The notes below the pieces were generated by a model. It searched no databases. It was not told where the DNA came from and saw only the letters and a list, made by a program, of their open reading frames with translations. DNA of 64,000 nt from Enterobacteria phage GiZh: the sequence record NC_054903.1; one strand, 5' to 3'. The stretch's first letter is position 1. Each line of letters opens with the position of its first letter. Shown here in pieces: positions 52,002 through 61,631 of the stretch. Made by a program: the position numbers and the translations under genes.

Positions 52002-53806
52002 TCTTTACGAAGGTCAGCATTATCTCCCATGAGCATTTCAAAAAGCTCTTTCCAATTCTCAGGAAGTTTAACAACATCATATACTGGATTTTGAATCATC
52101 TCACGATATTCAGATTTTTCCAAAGAGCCAAGTCCCTTAATATAACGGATGCTATGTTTAGGTAGAGCATCTTTGGCACTCTCATATTCAGCGACTGTAT
52201 AAAACCATTCTTGTTTTTTACCGACCTGAGCGATGATTACAGGAGTTTTGACAAAGCGAATTCGTCCTTGCTCAAACAATTCTGGCCAATTACTAAAAAA
52301 TCCGAGCAGAGAAGGATAAATGCTTCCTAGACCATCATGGTCAGCATCAGTCATAATAGCAATATTGCGATAATTCAAGTTTTCAGCTTTTTCACCAAGA
52401 ACTAGACCAGTGATTGCGCAAATATCAAATAGTTCTTTGTTTTTAAGCATATCGGCATATGACATACCCCAGCTATTAAGAACTTTACCGCGCAATGGAT
52501 AACCACCATGAAGTTCTTTATCGCGAACATCAATAAGATATCCGATAGCTGAATCACCCTCAGTCAAGAACAATGTAGTGTCAGCATCTTTACCGCAAAG
52601 ATTCGCTTTAATATGTTTATGAACCTTAGCTTTAGAAGCCTTTTTAGCTGCTTTAGTTTCTGCTGCTTTTTCTGCCGCCAATTTACGAGCCAAAGCAGCT
52701 TCAATAATCGGCATCAGAATTGCTTCATTATTTAGAATAGCGCGTGAAATCTTTTTAGCGTCAAGTTGAATATGACTACGAATTTCGCCAAATGGAGAAG
52801 TCAAACGCTCTTTAGTTTGAGAATCAAATCGCATGTTTTTCATATCACGAACAAACATAACGATAGTCAAACATTCTTTAACGCGTGCTTTAGTTACATC
52901 AATTTTGAACTTACGTTTGATTTGTGGAATAAGGTCTTCACAAATATCATCCATAACACAGTCAATGTGATGGCCACCATTCTTAGTATGAATGTTATTG
53001 ACGTATGTTAATTGACGAAAACCATCCGGTGAACGACCAACCGCAATAGAACAATTTTCTTGTTCTTGAACGATAGCATGTTCATCATATTGGCGTGCGT
53101 ATTTCTTAAAATTACCCTGAACCTTTTTACCATTAAAGGTAAATTGAATATCAGGATAAACAACAGCAAGTGTTTGGAGACGATCTAGTGTAATGTCAAG
53201 ATAAACTTGGGACAGCTCATTAGTTTCAAATGACATAAAATCAGGAATGAAAGTAACACGGGTTCCTTTCCATTTTCCAGGAATATCTTCCCATGATTTA
53301 TTTTCCATGCCGTTTGAACAACGAACTACAATATTATTTTGACCATCACCAGTTTCACCGACAAACATCACAGAAAAAATGTTTGTCAAACTAGAACCAA
53401 CACCATTCATACCACCGGTGACGCGTTCTTTATCATCACCGAAGTTACCACCTGCTTTTGGAATAGTCCACGCAGCAACAGGACCAGGAATTTCTTCACC
53501 GGTAGGTGTTTTAACCATCGCCTGTGGAATACCACGACCGTTATCTTCAACTGTTACTTGATTATTTTTAATAGTAACATTAATTTTATTCGCGAATTTA
53601 AACTTAGTACGAATACCTTCATCTACTGAGTTATCGATAATTTCATCAATAAGCTTAACAAGACCAGGTACATACTGAACACTTTCCCATTTACCAAACA
53701 GAAAGCGCTCATGCATTTCATTAGCTGAAGAGCCAATGTACATGCCGCTACGCTTTTTGATATGTTCAATATCGCTCAGAATTTTAATTTCATTCTTAAT
53801 CATCAC
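51986..53806 (-). CDS. 39: DNA topoisomerase II large subunit, unsplit gene 39 (ATPase plus Toprim)
   Basis: 606 aa; GHKL ATPase motifs (EDNGRGIP, GGMNGVGSS) and complete Toprim (LFLTEGDSA ... IMTDADHDG) in one ORF; C-terminal part corresponds to T4 gp60. Confidence 0.9.
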   Translation of the reverse strand: MMIKNEIKILSDIEHIKKRSGMYIGSSANEMHERFLFGKWESVQYVPGLVKLIDEIIDNSVDEGIRTKFKFANKINVTIKNNQVTVEDNGRGIPQAMVKTPTGEEIPGPVAAWTIPKAGGNFGDDKERVTGGMNGVGSSLTNIFSVMFVGETGDGQNNIVVRCSNGMENKSWEDIPGKWKGTRVTFIPDFMSFETNELSQVYLDITLDRLQTLAVVYPDIQFTFNGKKVQGNFKKYARQYDEHAIVQEQENCSIAVGRSPDGFRQLTYVNNIHTKNGGHHIDCVMDDICEDLIPQIKRKFKIDVTKARVKECLTIVMFVRDMKNMRFDSQTKERLTSPFGEIRSHIQLDAKKISRAILNNEAILMPIIEAALARKLAAEKAAETKAAKKASKAKVHKHIKANLCGKDADTTLFLTEGDSAIGYLIDVRDKELHGGYPLRGKVLNSWGMSYADMLKNKELFDICAITGLVLGEKAENLNYRNIAIMTDADHDGLGSIYPSLLGFFSNWPELFEQGRIRFVKTPVIIAQVGKKQEWFYTVAEYESAKDALPKHSIRYIKGLGSLEKSEYREMIQNPVYDVVKLPENWKELFEMLMGDNADLRKEWMSQ

Positions 53807-53855
53807 TTATCCTCGTTTGGTTTCGGGAATATTATACTCCGGTAATCATAAAGCT

Positions 53856-53873
53856 AAAGGCCCGAAGGCCTTT
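53856..53873. other. Hairpin aaaggcc-cgaa-ggccttt (second copy)
   Basis: Identical to hairpin at 7210..7227; between lipoprotein ORF stop and gene 39 start. Confidence 0.5.
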
Positions 53874-54142
53874 TATTTAAAACGAATAGTTGAATCCTTA
53901 AAGAACAGCCCAGAACATACTGTTCCTTCTACTTTCTGCCCGGTAGGTCCAATAGCACGAAATCCAGTATGTTGGAAATCATTTTCAGAACAACCGAACC
54001 AGTTATATCCAGTGATTTCAATATTAGTAAAACCGCTTGAAGATAAAACTTTGGTTGCATTATCAGCATCAGTACATCCTACTAAAGACACTGTTAATAC
54101 TAATGCTGCAATAGAACGATTAATATATTTCATAATTTTCAC
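53873..54142 (-). CDS. Predicted lipoprotein (89 aa)
   Basis: Signal peptide with lipobox SLVGC (MKIMKYINRSIAALVLTVSLVGC). Confidence 0.55.
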   Translation of the reverse strand: MKIMKYINRSIAALVLTVSLVGCTDADNATKVLSSSGFTNIEITGYNWFGCSENDFQHTGFRAIGPTGQKVEGTVCSGLFFKDSTIRFK

Positions 54143-54510
54143 TTAAATTTAATGGCTTGAAGAAGACTAATAATTCTCAAGCGACTTCTTTCATCTTTAA
54201 CTGTAAAAGAAAGAGGGTCACCAGATTTCATAGTAATAGTACATTCAAAATCAAAATCTTCGGAAACTTCTTTGAAGAAGTCAAATTCTTCATCATAAAT
54301 TAGAACATTACTCTGACAACTATGAAGAATTTTTCCATCATTTCCAGATGCTGTACTAATCATTGTAACATTATGACCTTTCATATCTTCAATGATAAAT
54401 TCACTAGTCAATATTACAGCATTAATAGAACTATTCCTATTACTAGCAGAAAGTAGATATTTCTGTTCTTCACCTTCACGAATGCAATATTTCTTACCGA
54501 TTTTAAACAT
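54139..54510 (-). CDS. Hypothetical protein (123 aa)
   Basis: ORF upstream of the lipoprotein gene. Confidence 0.5.
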   Translation of the reverse strand: MFKIGKKYCIREGEEQKYLLSASNRNSSINAVILTSEFIIEDMKGHNVTMISTASGNDGKILHSCQSNVLIYDEEFDFFKEVSEDFDFECTITMKSGDPLSFTVKDERSRLRIISLLQAIKFK

Positions 54511-54512
54511 AA

Positions 54513-54689
54513 TTATCCTTTAAGTAAGTCGTAAAATCCGCCATTCACATGCTTAGGAGCAGAAGGCCGACGAGTAGACAAACGATGACATTTAGGGCAA
54601 ACATCATTTTCTCGTTCAGAAATCTTTTTAATTTTTTCATATTCATGCCCGCAATCTTCGGATTGGCATTTATAATCATACATTGGCAT
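54513..54689 (-). CDS. FmdB-like zinc-ribbon protein (58 aa)
   Basis: Unlisted ORF MPMYDYKCQSEDCGHEYEKIKKISERENDVCPKCHRLS...; CxxC...CxxC zinc ribbon with MPxYxYxC start. Confidence 0.45.
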   Translation of the reverse strand: MPMYDYKCQSEDCGHEYEKIKKISERENDVCPKCHRLSTRRPSAPKHVNGGFYDLLKG

Positions 54690-54691
54690 AA

Positions 54692-55117
54692 TTATTCCTT
54701 AAAGTGTGCTTTCAGCATTTGATACAAGGACCATGCCTGTTCATTATTTTCAATAGTAACTTTCATGACAGGAAATTCTGTGAAATCTTCTATTTGTTCT
54801 TGCTCTTTCTCTTCCTGCTCTTGCTCTTCAGCTGCCTGATATGGATTTTCCACTTCATCAAAGAACTCGGCTTCGTTAGTAGAGAGCCAGATAAAGTTTT
54901 CGTCAAGGATATCACCATGTGTTGCATATCCAATTGTGCCAGTAAATGACATAATTTTAGTAGGACGACCAAGATGGTCAACATCTAAAATTTTAAAAGG
55001 ATGCATACCTAAACGGCGTGCATAGATTCCGTTATCAGTATGATCTTTAATAAAATTTTCTTGAGCTTGTTTATTTTTAAATTGATACCATTTATTAACT
55101 TCAAATCTAATAGCCAT
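54692..55117 (-). CDS. Hypothetical acidic protein (141 aa), possibly goF
   Basis: Glu/Gln-rich central tract ([16 protein letters not shown]); T4 goF assignment is by position and recalled size only. Confidence 0.45.
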   Translation of the reverse strand: MAIRFEVNKWYQFKNKQAQENFIKDHTDNGIYARRLGMHPFKILDVDHLGRPTKIMSFTGTIGYATHGDILDENFIWLSTNEAEFFDEVENPYQAAEEQEQEEKEQEQIEDFTEFPVMKVTIENNEQAWSLYQMLKAHFKE

Positions 55118-55332
55118 TAATAAATTTCCTTCCAGTAAGTTGTGCCATCTTCAGTAATTTCACGAAATACACCGTAAATTGGTTGTTTATCACCAACCTT
55201 TTCATACACATAAACCGAAGTCAAGTGAGTAAACTTAACGGTATGTTCCTTTTGAACCACTACCAAATCTGGATCAAATAATACATCTTCAAATTCGTCA
55301 TTAGTGCAATTCTGAACAATTTTACGTTTCAT
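55117..55332 (-). CDS. Hypothetical protein (71 aa), possibly cef
   Basis: Size and position suggest T4 cef; not verified. Confidence 0.4.
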   Translation of the reverse strand: MKRKIVQNCTNDEFEDVLFDPDLVVVQKEHTVKFTHLTSVYVYEKVGDKQPIYGVFREITEDGTTYWKEIY

Positions 55333-55345
55333 TACAATTTCCTCA

Positions 55346-55615
55346 TTAATTAAACATTGGAGCGATACGTTTCAGAAGAGTAGCAGCACCTTTAGCGAAT
55401 TTTACATCATGAAAAACAGTTTCTTCTTCTGTAACAACTCGAACTTTAATATTTTCACAATCCCAATTTTTACGAACAATCTTCAAAAGCTGCAGTAAAT
55501 CTTTACATTCAGCAATATCGATAACACATCCACGAGAATCTTCCATTATCGCACGATAACCGTAAGCCATACCATAATCATTAAAAGATTGCTCGATGAT
55601 AATTAAGTTTTCCAT
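55346..55615 (-). CDS. Hypothetical protein (about 89 aa from MENLIIIEQ)
   Basis: Listed 108-aa ORF reads into the promoter cassette; internal Met likely start. Confidence 0.45.
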   Translation of the reverse strand: MENLIIIEQSFNDYGMAYGYRAIMEDSRGCVIDIAECKDLLQLLKIVRKNWDCENIKVRVVTEEETVFHDVKFAKGAATLLKRIAPMFN

Positions 55616-55725
55616 TTTATTCTCCAAGTTTTTCTGTATCAGTAGTTGATATTGATATAGTACCATAATCAACTACTGATGTATATAGTTTTATGAAAAA
55701 AAAAAAATTTAAACTTTATGCAAAT

Positions 55726-56145
55726 TTATGCTAAAGCTGCTTCGCACCATTTTTTAATTTGGAATTCAGGAACTACCATGAACTGGCCTGCAAAAACAAT
55801 ATTGTAGAGCTTGACACCATCTTCTACCCAACGGTCCGAAATAAAACCAGCGACTTGATTCGTTGTCCATGGAGTTCCATCTGTTGCCGCCGCAATTGTG
55901 AATTTATGGTCTTTTACAACTAAAACTGAAGAACAAAGTTTCCATTTAAATGCGCGTTCTTCTGGCTCAATGAACTGACTTGAGACATAACCAATGTTAC
56001 CATCAGCGTCACGAACTTTAACCTCGTTACGACCAAAAACTGGATCACTTACAGAAAGAACTTCAACCAGCTTTCCTGCAACTTTAGAACGAGAAGCAAC
56101 GGATACATATACGTAATCACCAGTAGAGAGATTTACAATATTCAT
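55726..56145 (-). CDS. Paralogue family member 1 (139 aa)
   Basis: Shares N-terminal SVASRSKVAGKLVEV and C-terminal WVEDGVKLYNIVFAGQFMVVPE with the next two ORFs. Confidence 0.55.
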   Translation of the reverse strand: MNIVNLSTGDYVYVSVASRSKVAGKLVEVLSVSDPVFGRNEVKVRDADGNIGYVSSQFIEPEERAFKWKLCSSVLVVKDHKFTIAAATDGTPWTTNQVAGFISDRWVEDGVKLYNIVFAGQFMVVPEFQIKKWCEAALA

Positions 56146-56154
56146 AATAATTCC

Positions 56155-56673
56155 TTAAGCTTTACGAGGAGAAGCATAACGAGTGATTTCAGATTCTTCA
56201 ACAACCCGGAAGTCACCTAAGAATACGATATTGTAGAGCTTTTCACCATCTTCAACCCATTGGTCTGTGATGAAGCCACACATCCTATCAGTTTTACTTG
56301 GACCAGCGAAATCATCAATATAATCGAATTCTTCATCAGTTACAAATTCAACGCCTTTACACAACGCCCATTTAAATTGTGTATTAGACTCAGTGGATTC
56401 AACTTCTTCAACAGAAGCAAAATGAGAGCTAACACGAGTTTCCAGAAATTTAGGACTTACGTAAGCGTACTGAGTTTCAGTTTTTCCAGAACTAGGAATG
56501 ATTCGAACTTTAACTTCTTTAACACGACCAGTACCATTAGTACGAAGTCCTACCACTTCAACTAGACGACCTGCAGCTTTAGAACGAGATGCAGACGATA
56601 CACGCTTAATTTCACCGATAGTAATCATAATTTTTCTCTCTTTGTTGTTAAGATTTATACTCCGCAGGACCAT
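56155..56673 (-). CDS. Paralogue family member 2 (172 aa), possibly MotB-like
   Basis: SSASRSKAAGRLVEV ... QWVEDGEKLYNIVFLGDFRVVEE; size near T4 MotB but identity unverified. Confidence 0.5.
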   Translation of the reverse strand: MVLRSINLNNKERKIMITIGEIKRVSSASRSKAAGRLVEVVGLRTNGTGRVKEVKVRIIPSSGKTETQYAYVSPKFLETRVSSHFASVEEVESTESNTQFKWALCKGVEFVTDEEFDYIDDFAGPSKTDRMCGFITDQWVEDGEKLYNIVFLGDFRVVEESEITRYASPRKA

Positions 56674-56700
56674 TATACTCTGGTCCCAAGAGTTTGTAAA

Positions 56701-57138
56701 CTAGCTTACACGAACATTAATCACTGCGCTGCGAGGAACTACAGAGTACTCTCCAGCATGAACTACGTTCAGAAGTTCAACACCATCTTCAATCCACTGA
56801 TCAGTCACCCATCCACCCACAGGATTCGCGAATGGACGACGAATATAAACTGCCTTACACAGCAGATCAGTTGGATCTTCAGGTTTTTCAATTTCTGTCA
56901 ATAGACTAAAATCTTTTTCATAAATAATAAGCGGTGATACCATTCCATAATAGTTTCTAATTTCAATATACATCATACCGATAAGAATTCCGCTATTAAC
57001 ACTAATAACAGTAAAAGGATATCCGCCAGTTAAACCAAGAAGTTCACAAAACTTATTATGAGCTGTATTAGACAGTACCGAAAAATTCTTAATTTCATCA
57101 AATTTTTTCAATTGATAAACAGCATTATTTTTAATCAT
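56701..57138 (-). CDS. Paralogue family member 3 (145 aa)
   Basis: C-terminal DQWIEDGVELLNVVHAGEYSVVPRS shared with members 1 and 2; N-terminus divergent. Confidence 0.5.
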   Translation of the reverse strand: MIKNNAVYQLKKFDEIKNFSVLSNTAHNKFCELLGLTGGYPFTVISVNSGILIGMMYIEIRNYYGMVSPLIIYEKDFSLLTEIEKPEDPTDLLCKAVYIRRPFANPVGGWVTDQWIEDGVELLNVVHAGEYSVVPRSAVINVRVS

Positions 57139-57148
57139 AATTTTCTCT

Positions 57149-57652
57149 TTAATCTAAGGTAATAAAGCCTTTTAATTCGGCATGGGATTTACGGAACATT
57201 ACTTGGTGCCCGCCAATGATAACTTGATCATCTGGAACTTCGTATACAGCAAGATAAAATCCTTTAGAAGATAATTCTTCACGCTCTTCTCGTGTGAACC
57301 ATCTCATCATATCATATTCACTAGCAAAAGCAAAATGATAAAGAGCTATAAACCATCCGGGAATATAATGATCTACGCCTACATATTCTTCTTTCTCAAA
57401 GTTAGTATTAATTGCTATATTAGCATTTTTAACTAATAATTTGTCTTCGTGTGGAAGAGGAATTCTTTTATTATCATTACTATGATGCATAAAATTAGGT
57501 CTGTCATAACCTACGTGTAATAACCACTCTTCGCTCCATGAATCTATTATACTCCTGTATGGCGTTATTTGAACACAAAGATCTCGACGTATTGTTATAG
57601 CATCTTCATAATTAAGAATACTAAACGATGATTCAACACGATAAATTTTCAT
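57149..57652 (-). CDS. Hypothetical protein (about 168 aa from MKIYRVESS)
   Basis: Listed 180-aa ORF reads into promoter cassette 57670-57709. Confidence 0.5.
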   Translation of the reverse strand: MKIYRVESSFSILNYEDAITIRRDLCVQITPYRSIIDSWSEEWLLHVGYDRPNFMHHSNDNKRIPLPHEDKLLVKNANIAINTNFEKEEYVGVDHYIPGWFIALYHFAFASEYDMMRWFTREEREELSSKGFYLAVYEVPDDQVIIGGHQVMFRKSHAELKGFITLD

Positions 57653-57715
57653 TTTATTATCCTCAGTAGCTATGGTGTTATAGTACCACAACTAACCGAG
57701 GAAGTAAACAACTTT

Positions 57716-58399
57716 TTATCGTTTTGTTGGAAGAGATAGAGGATCGCAATCTTCCTCTGATGGAGCATCTTCAAGACCCATAGCATATCGCAAAGCATAC
57801 TTCATCATCAGGATGTCTTTCGCACAGTCATGAATAGAATCATGTGCAACGAATCCATCTAAAGTTCCCTTTGGAAGAGGACATGTGGTCATATCACGAA
57901 CAAGCAAAAGTGCTTCAATTCTAGTACGAATATCACGTTGATTCCAGAATTTACATGGTTCTAACTTAAATGTGTCAAGTTCATTCTCGGAAACGCCGTT
58001 AAGACGCTGAATATCGCGAATGAGATCGACTAAAATTGGAAAATCAAACGACATTCCACGGCACCAGCCTTGAGATTTCCAAGGATCGATGTTATGTGCA
58101 TTGATGTAATCATTAAATTTTGCAATACCATCGATAGTGCTTACATCTTCATCTGATGGCGCAATATTTTTTCGAGCTTCAGGAGATTGATTCTTCCACC
58201 ATTCGATAGTGCTTTTAGTAAAAAGACGATGTCCTTTTTGGCTTTTTAAATCAAATTTGATTTTAATGCCACGTGAAACTAATTCATCAAATGTTTCAAC
58301 GACTTCTGGGTTAGGGTCAAAAGCAATTACAGCCAAATCAATAACAGCTGCTTTTTCACCGCTTCCCATTGTTTCAAAATCTATAATAAAATCAAACAT
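57716..58399 (-). CDS. dexA: Exonuclease A (DEDD-family 3'-5' exonuclease)
   Basis: 227 aa as in T4 DexA; Exo motif I DFETMG near N-terminus. Confidence 0.85.
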   Translation of the reverse strand: MFDFIIDFETMGSGEKAAVIDLAVIAFDPNPEVVETFDELVSRGIKIKFDLKSQKGHRLFTKSTIEWWKNQSPEARKNIAPSDEDVSTIDGIAKFNDYINAHNIDPWKSQGWCRGMSFDFPILVDLIRDIQRLNGVSENELDTFKLEPCKFWNQRDIRTRIEALLLVRDMTTCPLPKGTLDGFVAHDSIHDCAKDILMMKYALRYAMGLEDAPSEEDCDPLSLPTKR

Positions 58400-58656
58400 T
58401 AAATTTTCCTCGCTAAATCACGAATTTGACCTACAGTATAGTCTTGAATATAAACTTTATTAATAGGCTCATCAATAAATTTTGCCATAGATTCAATGTC
58501 TTTTTGTATCTCTTCAAGACTGTATACTATCTTTAAAGCTTTTTCGCGAATAGTAACATTATCAGGTCCTGAATTTTCTTGAATGACAGCTTTAACATTT
58601 GCCATAAGAGATTTAAACTGGTACCAACTTAATTCAATCATTAATAATCGCCTCAT
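58399..58656 (-). CDS. Small paralogue A (85 aa)
   Basis: MRRLLMIELSWYQF...LEEIQKDIES; tandem with the next two ORFs. Confidence 0.5.
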   Translation of the reverse strand: MRRLLMIELSWYQFKSLMANVKAVIQENSGPDNVTIREKALKIVYSLEEIQKDIESMAKFIDEPINKVYIQDYTVGQIRDLARKI

Positions 58657-58894
58657 AAAGATAGCTAATTTCGCCTAAAACGTAATCATTGATTGTAACA
58701 GTTTTCACTTCACCACAAAAGAATTCTAACGCAATTAAATCTCGTTCAATTTCTTCTAATTGAAGCATCAACTTACTAGATTCAATTTTTACAGTTTCAC
58801 GATTTTTACCATGAGCAATTTCATAAATTTCGCTAACTTTATCCTGAAGAAGATAAAACTGGTCTTTAGTTATTTCCACGAATAGCTTCCTCAA
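58634..58894 (-). CDS. Small paralogue B (86 aa)
   Basis: MRKLFVEITKDQF...LEEIERDLIA, clearly related to paralogue A; 23-nt overlap. Confidence 0.5.
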   Translation of the reverse strand: MRKLFVEITKDQFYLLQDKVSEIYEIAHGKNRETVKIESSKLMLQLEEIERDLIALEFFCGEVKTVTINDYVLGEISYLYEAIIND

Positions 58895-59126
58895 ATTTAA
58901 TTAGTAATTTACAGACACTTTCATCTAGTGTAATTACCGTATCTGTATTACTGTGATATGATTGTTTTTCAATTCGTTTAATTGCTAATATAGTATCACT
59001 TATAAGATAAAGCTTATGAAGGAGCTCAGCTCCTGTTACCATAACATCGAGATTATCTTGCTTATTAGTATGCTTCCTTATACCATCTATTAGACGATTT
59101 AAATATTTTGAATTGATGTTAATCAT
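58866..59126 (-). CDS. Small paralogue C (86 aa)
   Basis: Same size and arrangement, more divergent sequence; 29-nt overlap with B. Confidence 0.45.
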   Translation of the reverse strand: MININSKYLNRLIDGIRKHTNKQDNLDVMVTGAELLHKLYLISDTILAIKRIEKQSYHSNTDTVITLDESVCKLLIKFEEAIRGNN

Positions 59127-59132
59127 ATAGCC

Positions 59133-60452
59133 TCACACATAAAACACATCATAACGACCACGTGTTACACCAACATAAAGAAGTTGTTGAGCTAATTCAG
59201 CATCTGCATAATGAATACAAGGCGTATAAATGAAAGCACGGTCTACAGACATACCCTGTGCTTTATGGAATGTTGATGCAGGAAGTGCTTTCACTTTACT
59301 AAACTGTGATTTAGCATCCCAAAAATCACTCCATGGAGCTTTTCCGCCTTTGTTCCAATTTTTATAAGTTTCTGCTGTTTTACCTAAAAATAGGTTAAAC
59401 TTATACAATTCTTCATCAGATGAAATTATTTTAATCTTTTCACGATAATATTCATCATCGCCGTAAGTTTCTACTGTTAAATCCCAATGACGAATTAAGT
59501 ATTCTCCTGGAACACCACGAGCTTTAACAAACGTTGATGTATACTCTGCTTCTATAATACGAACTAATTGTCCGTTATTAAAAATAATTTCTGACACAGG
59601 CTTTCCATCAATTTTATATGTTTTAATTAATGGTTCCTGCATTACAATAATTTCACCGACAATAAAATCTTTATCAGTTTCAAAAATCTTTTTACGAATA
59701 ATGCTATTTAACTTGTCAACAGATTTATTCGTAAATGCCATTACGCGATTTTCAAACAAATCATCTAGTGATTTGACGATTGAAAAATAATTTACCATAA
59801 AATCGCGTAAAGCGGTATCACCAGTAAATCCACGTACTCCATGCCCGTCAACAACTTTATCATAAATCCACTTACCGTTGCGAACATCAGTAGCTACATC
59901 AATAATAGGAGCATTACTGCGTTTAACTTCAGTGAGTTCACACTGATAAAAATCTTTATGTGTAAAGAATGGACTGATATAAGCAGTGTTTTCTCCTGGG
60001 TCAACAGGTCTAATTTGCTTATTATCACCTATTCCAATTATAGTACACCACGGCGGGATAGTTGAAAGCAGAATTTTAAATAGCTTTCTATCATACATTG
60101 ACACTTCATCGCAGATTAATACTCTGCATTTAGCTAAATCTGGTACTTCCTTCTGCTCAAAGAGGACATTTTCTTCATATGTTACCGGGTTAATTTTGAG
60201 AATACTGTGAATAGTACTCGCTTCTTTCCCTGATAGTTTTGAAAGAATCTTTTTAGCTGCATGAGTAGGAGCTGCTAAAATAATGCCAGTTTCGCCCGTA
60301 GATATTAAGGCTTCAATGATGAACTTAGTAAGAGTAGTCTTACCAGTACCAGCAGGTCCATTAATAGTTACATGATGTTTCTTTTCTTTAATAGCCCTCA
60401 TAACGATGTTAAAGGCATTTTTCTGGCCTTCTGTCAAATCATCAAATGTCAT
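59133..60452 (-). CDS. dda: Dda DNA helicase (SF1B)
   Basis: 439 aa as in T4 Dda; Walker A GPAGTGKT. Confidence 0.9.
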   Translation of the reverse strand: MTFDDLTEGQKNAFNIVMRAIKEKKHHVTINGPAGTGKTTLTKFIIEALISTGETGIILAAPTHAAKKILSKLSGKEASTIHSILKINPVTYEENVLFEQKEVPDLAKCRVLICDEVSMYDRKLFKILLSTIPPWCTIIGIGDNKQIRPVDPGENTAYISPFFTHKDFYQCELTEVKRSNAPIIDVATDVRNGKWIYDKVVDGHGVRGFTGDTALRDFMVNYFSIVKSLDDLFENRVMAFTNKSVDKLNSIIRKKIFETDKDFIVGEIIVMQEPLIKTYKIDGKPVSEIIFNNGQLVRIIEAEYTSTFVKARGVPGEYLIRHWDLTVETYGDDEYYREKIKIISSDEELYKFNLFLGKTAETYKNWNKGGKAPWSDFWDAKSQFSKVKALPASTFHKAQGMSVDRAFIYTPCIHYADAELAQQLLYVGVTRGRYDVFYV

Positions 60453-60760
60453 CGGAAAGTCCCTGCAATTGGAATACTAACAATACGCCCAGTATCTAGA
60501 ATTCGTTGATATAATCTTTGTGTATCTACATCAGGCTTAACATGTTTAACTTCTATTTTATTAAACCAAAACTTACGTGGAGTCTCAACTAATCTTGGAA
60601 TTCCTTTACCTAAAGCTAGTTTATATTGGTCTTTGAGAGTAGTAAAAACTCTATCAGCAATCTCTCTTTCAAAAAACACAGCAGGACGATGTTCATCAAG
60701 TGGAACTGGCGCCGTAAATCCGTCTTTGTCTCGGTAAACTATCGCATATACATAAACCAT
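60449..60760 (-). CDS. Hypothetical protein (103 aa)
   Basis: ORF overlapping dda start (ATGA); between srd and dda. Confidence 0.5.
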   Translation of the reverse strand: MVYVYAIVYRDKDGFTAPVPLDEHRPAVFFEREIADRVFTTLKDQYKLALGKGIPRLVETPRKFWFNKIEVKHVKPDVDTQRLYQRILDTGRIVSIPIAGTFR

Positions 60761-60761
60761 A

Positions 60762-61508
60762 TTATCCTCGGATAAGTTTAAAAATTGAACAATTTAGCGG
60801 GTATCCTCTTTTCAGTTTAAGTTTATCAATAAAAGACAAGTTTTGATACCGCTCTACACCTTGAATAATTTTATCACACATATCATATTGCATTTCTGCT
60901 TCTGACAACTTTTTCACAATTTTCCAATCCGAGCCTTTAAGAAGAACGTTCAGTTTAACAACTTCAGCGCCTTCTGCTATGCGAGAACCATCAATACGAG
61001 CTTTAAGTGCTATAATCCTTAGCTTAATGTCAGAGGTCTGTTTTGATTTAGAAAGCTGAGAAATATGTTCAATTCGATTTTCACGCTTTTTCTGTATAGC
61101 TTTAATTTGATTATAAGTCTTTTTGATTTTAGCCCATTTCTTTTCATCTAAATTTAGTTTATGAACTTTTTTCGCAGATGAACGACCAATTCGCAAAGCA
61201 AATAAATCCCGTTTTTCAATCAACTCTTCTAAAGTATAATCAGAACGAAATGTATTATACTTTTTCTTTACTGCAATAACATTCCCTTTAATGTATCCAA
61301 TGTTATTATCAAAACGTTCTAATGATAATTTCTCTCCTTCAATACGATTATCAAAAGGTTCTCCCGAGTAAGCACAAACTTTTTGATCTAAAATGTTCTT
61401 AATGTAATTGAAGTCTAAGTTAAAATCTTTAGAACGTCTTTTTGCAGATGCCTGAGTATGCTCTAAACGACGTTTAATTTTACGAATTTGGTTATTAGAC
61501 AGCTTCAT
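60762..61508 (-). CDS. srd: Srd (sigma-70/sigma-38 similarity protein)
   Basis: 248 aa, Lys/Arg-rich; position between modA and dda as in T4. Confidence 0.7.
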   Translation of the reverse strand: MKLSNNQIRKIKRRLEHTQASAKRRSKDFNLDFNYIKNILDQKVCAYSGEPFDNRIEGEKLSLERFDNNIGYIKGNVIAVKKKYNTFRSDYTLEELIEKRDLFALRIGRSSAKKVHKLNLDEKKWAKIKKTYNQIKAIQKKRENRIEHISQLSKSKQTSDIKLRIIALKARIDGSRIAEGAEVVKLNVLLKGSDWKIVKKLSEAEMQYDMCDKIIQGVERYQNLSFIDKLKLKRGYPLNCSIFKLIRG

Positions 61509-61631
61509 ATTTTTCTCACATCTTACGGACGGTTAACTACTTATACTATAACATTTTTACTTTAACTTGTAAACAACTTTATGTAAAAATGCTTTAAAAA
61601 TTTCATGGTATAATGAATCTAAGTCCTTCCA

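Noticed and set aside
51986-53806. 606-aa gene 39 as a possible sequencing or frameshift fusion artifact
   Set aside because: ATPase and Toprim motifs are contiguous and in one frame with no junction irregularity; unsplit gene 39 is the expected state in T-even phages other than T4
55687-55698. A12 homopolymer as a slippery or phase-variable site
   Set aside because: Lies in an intergenic promoter region (A/T-rich UP-element context), not in a coding frame
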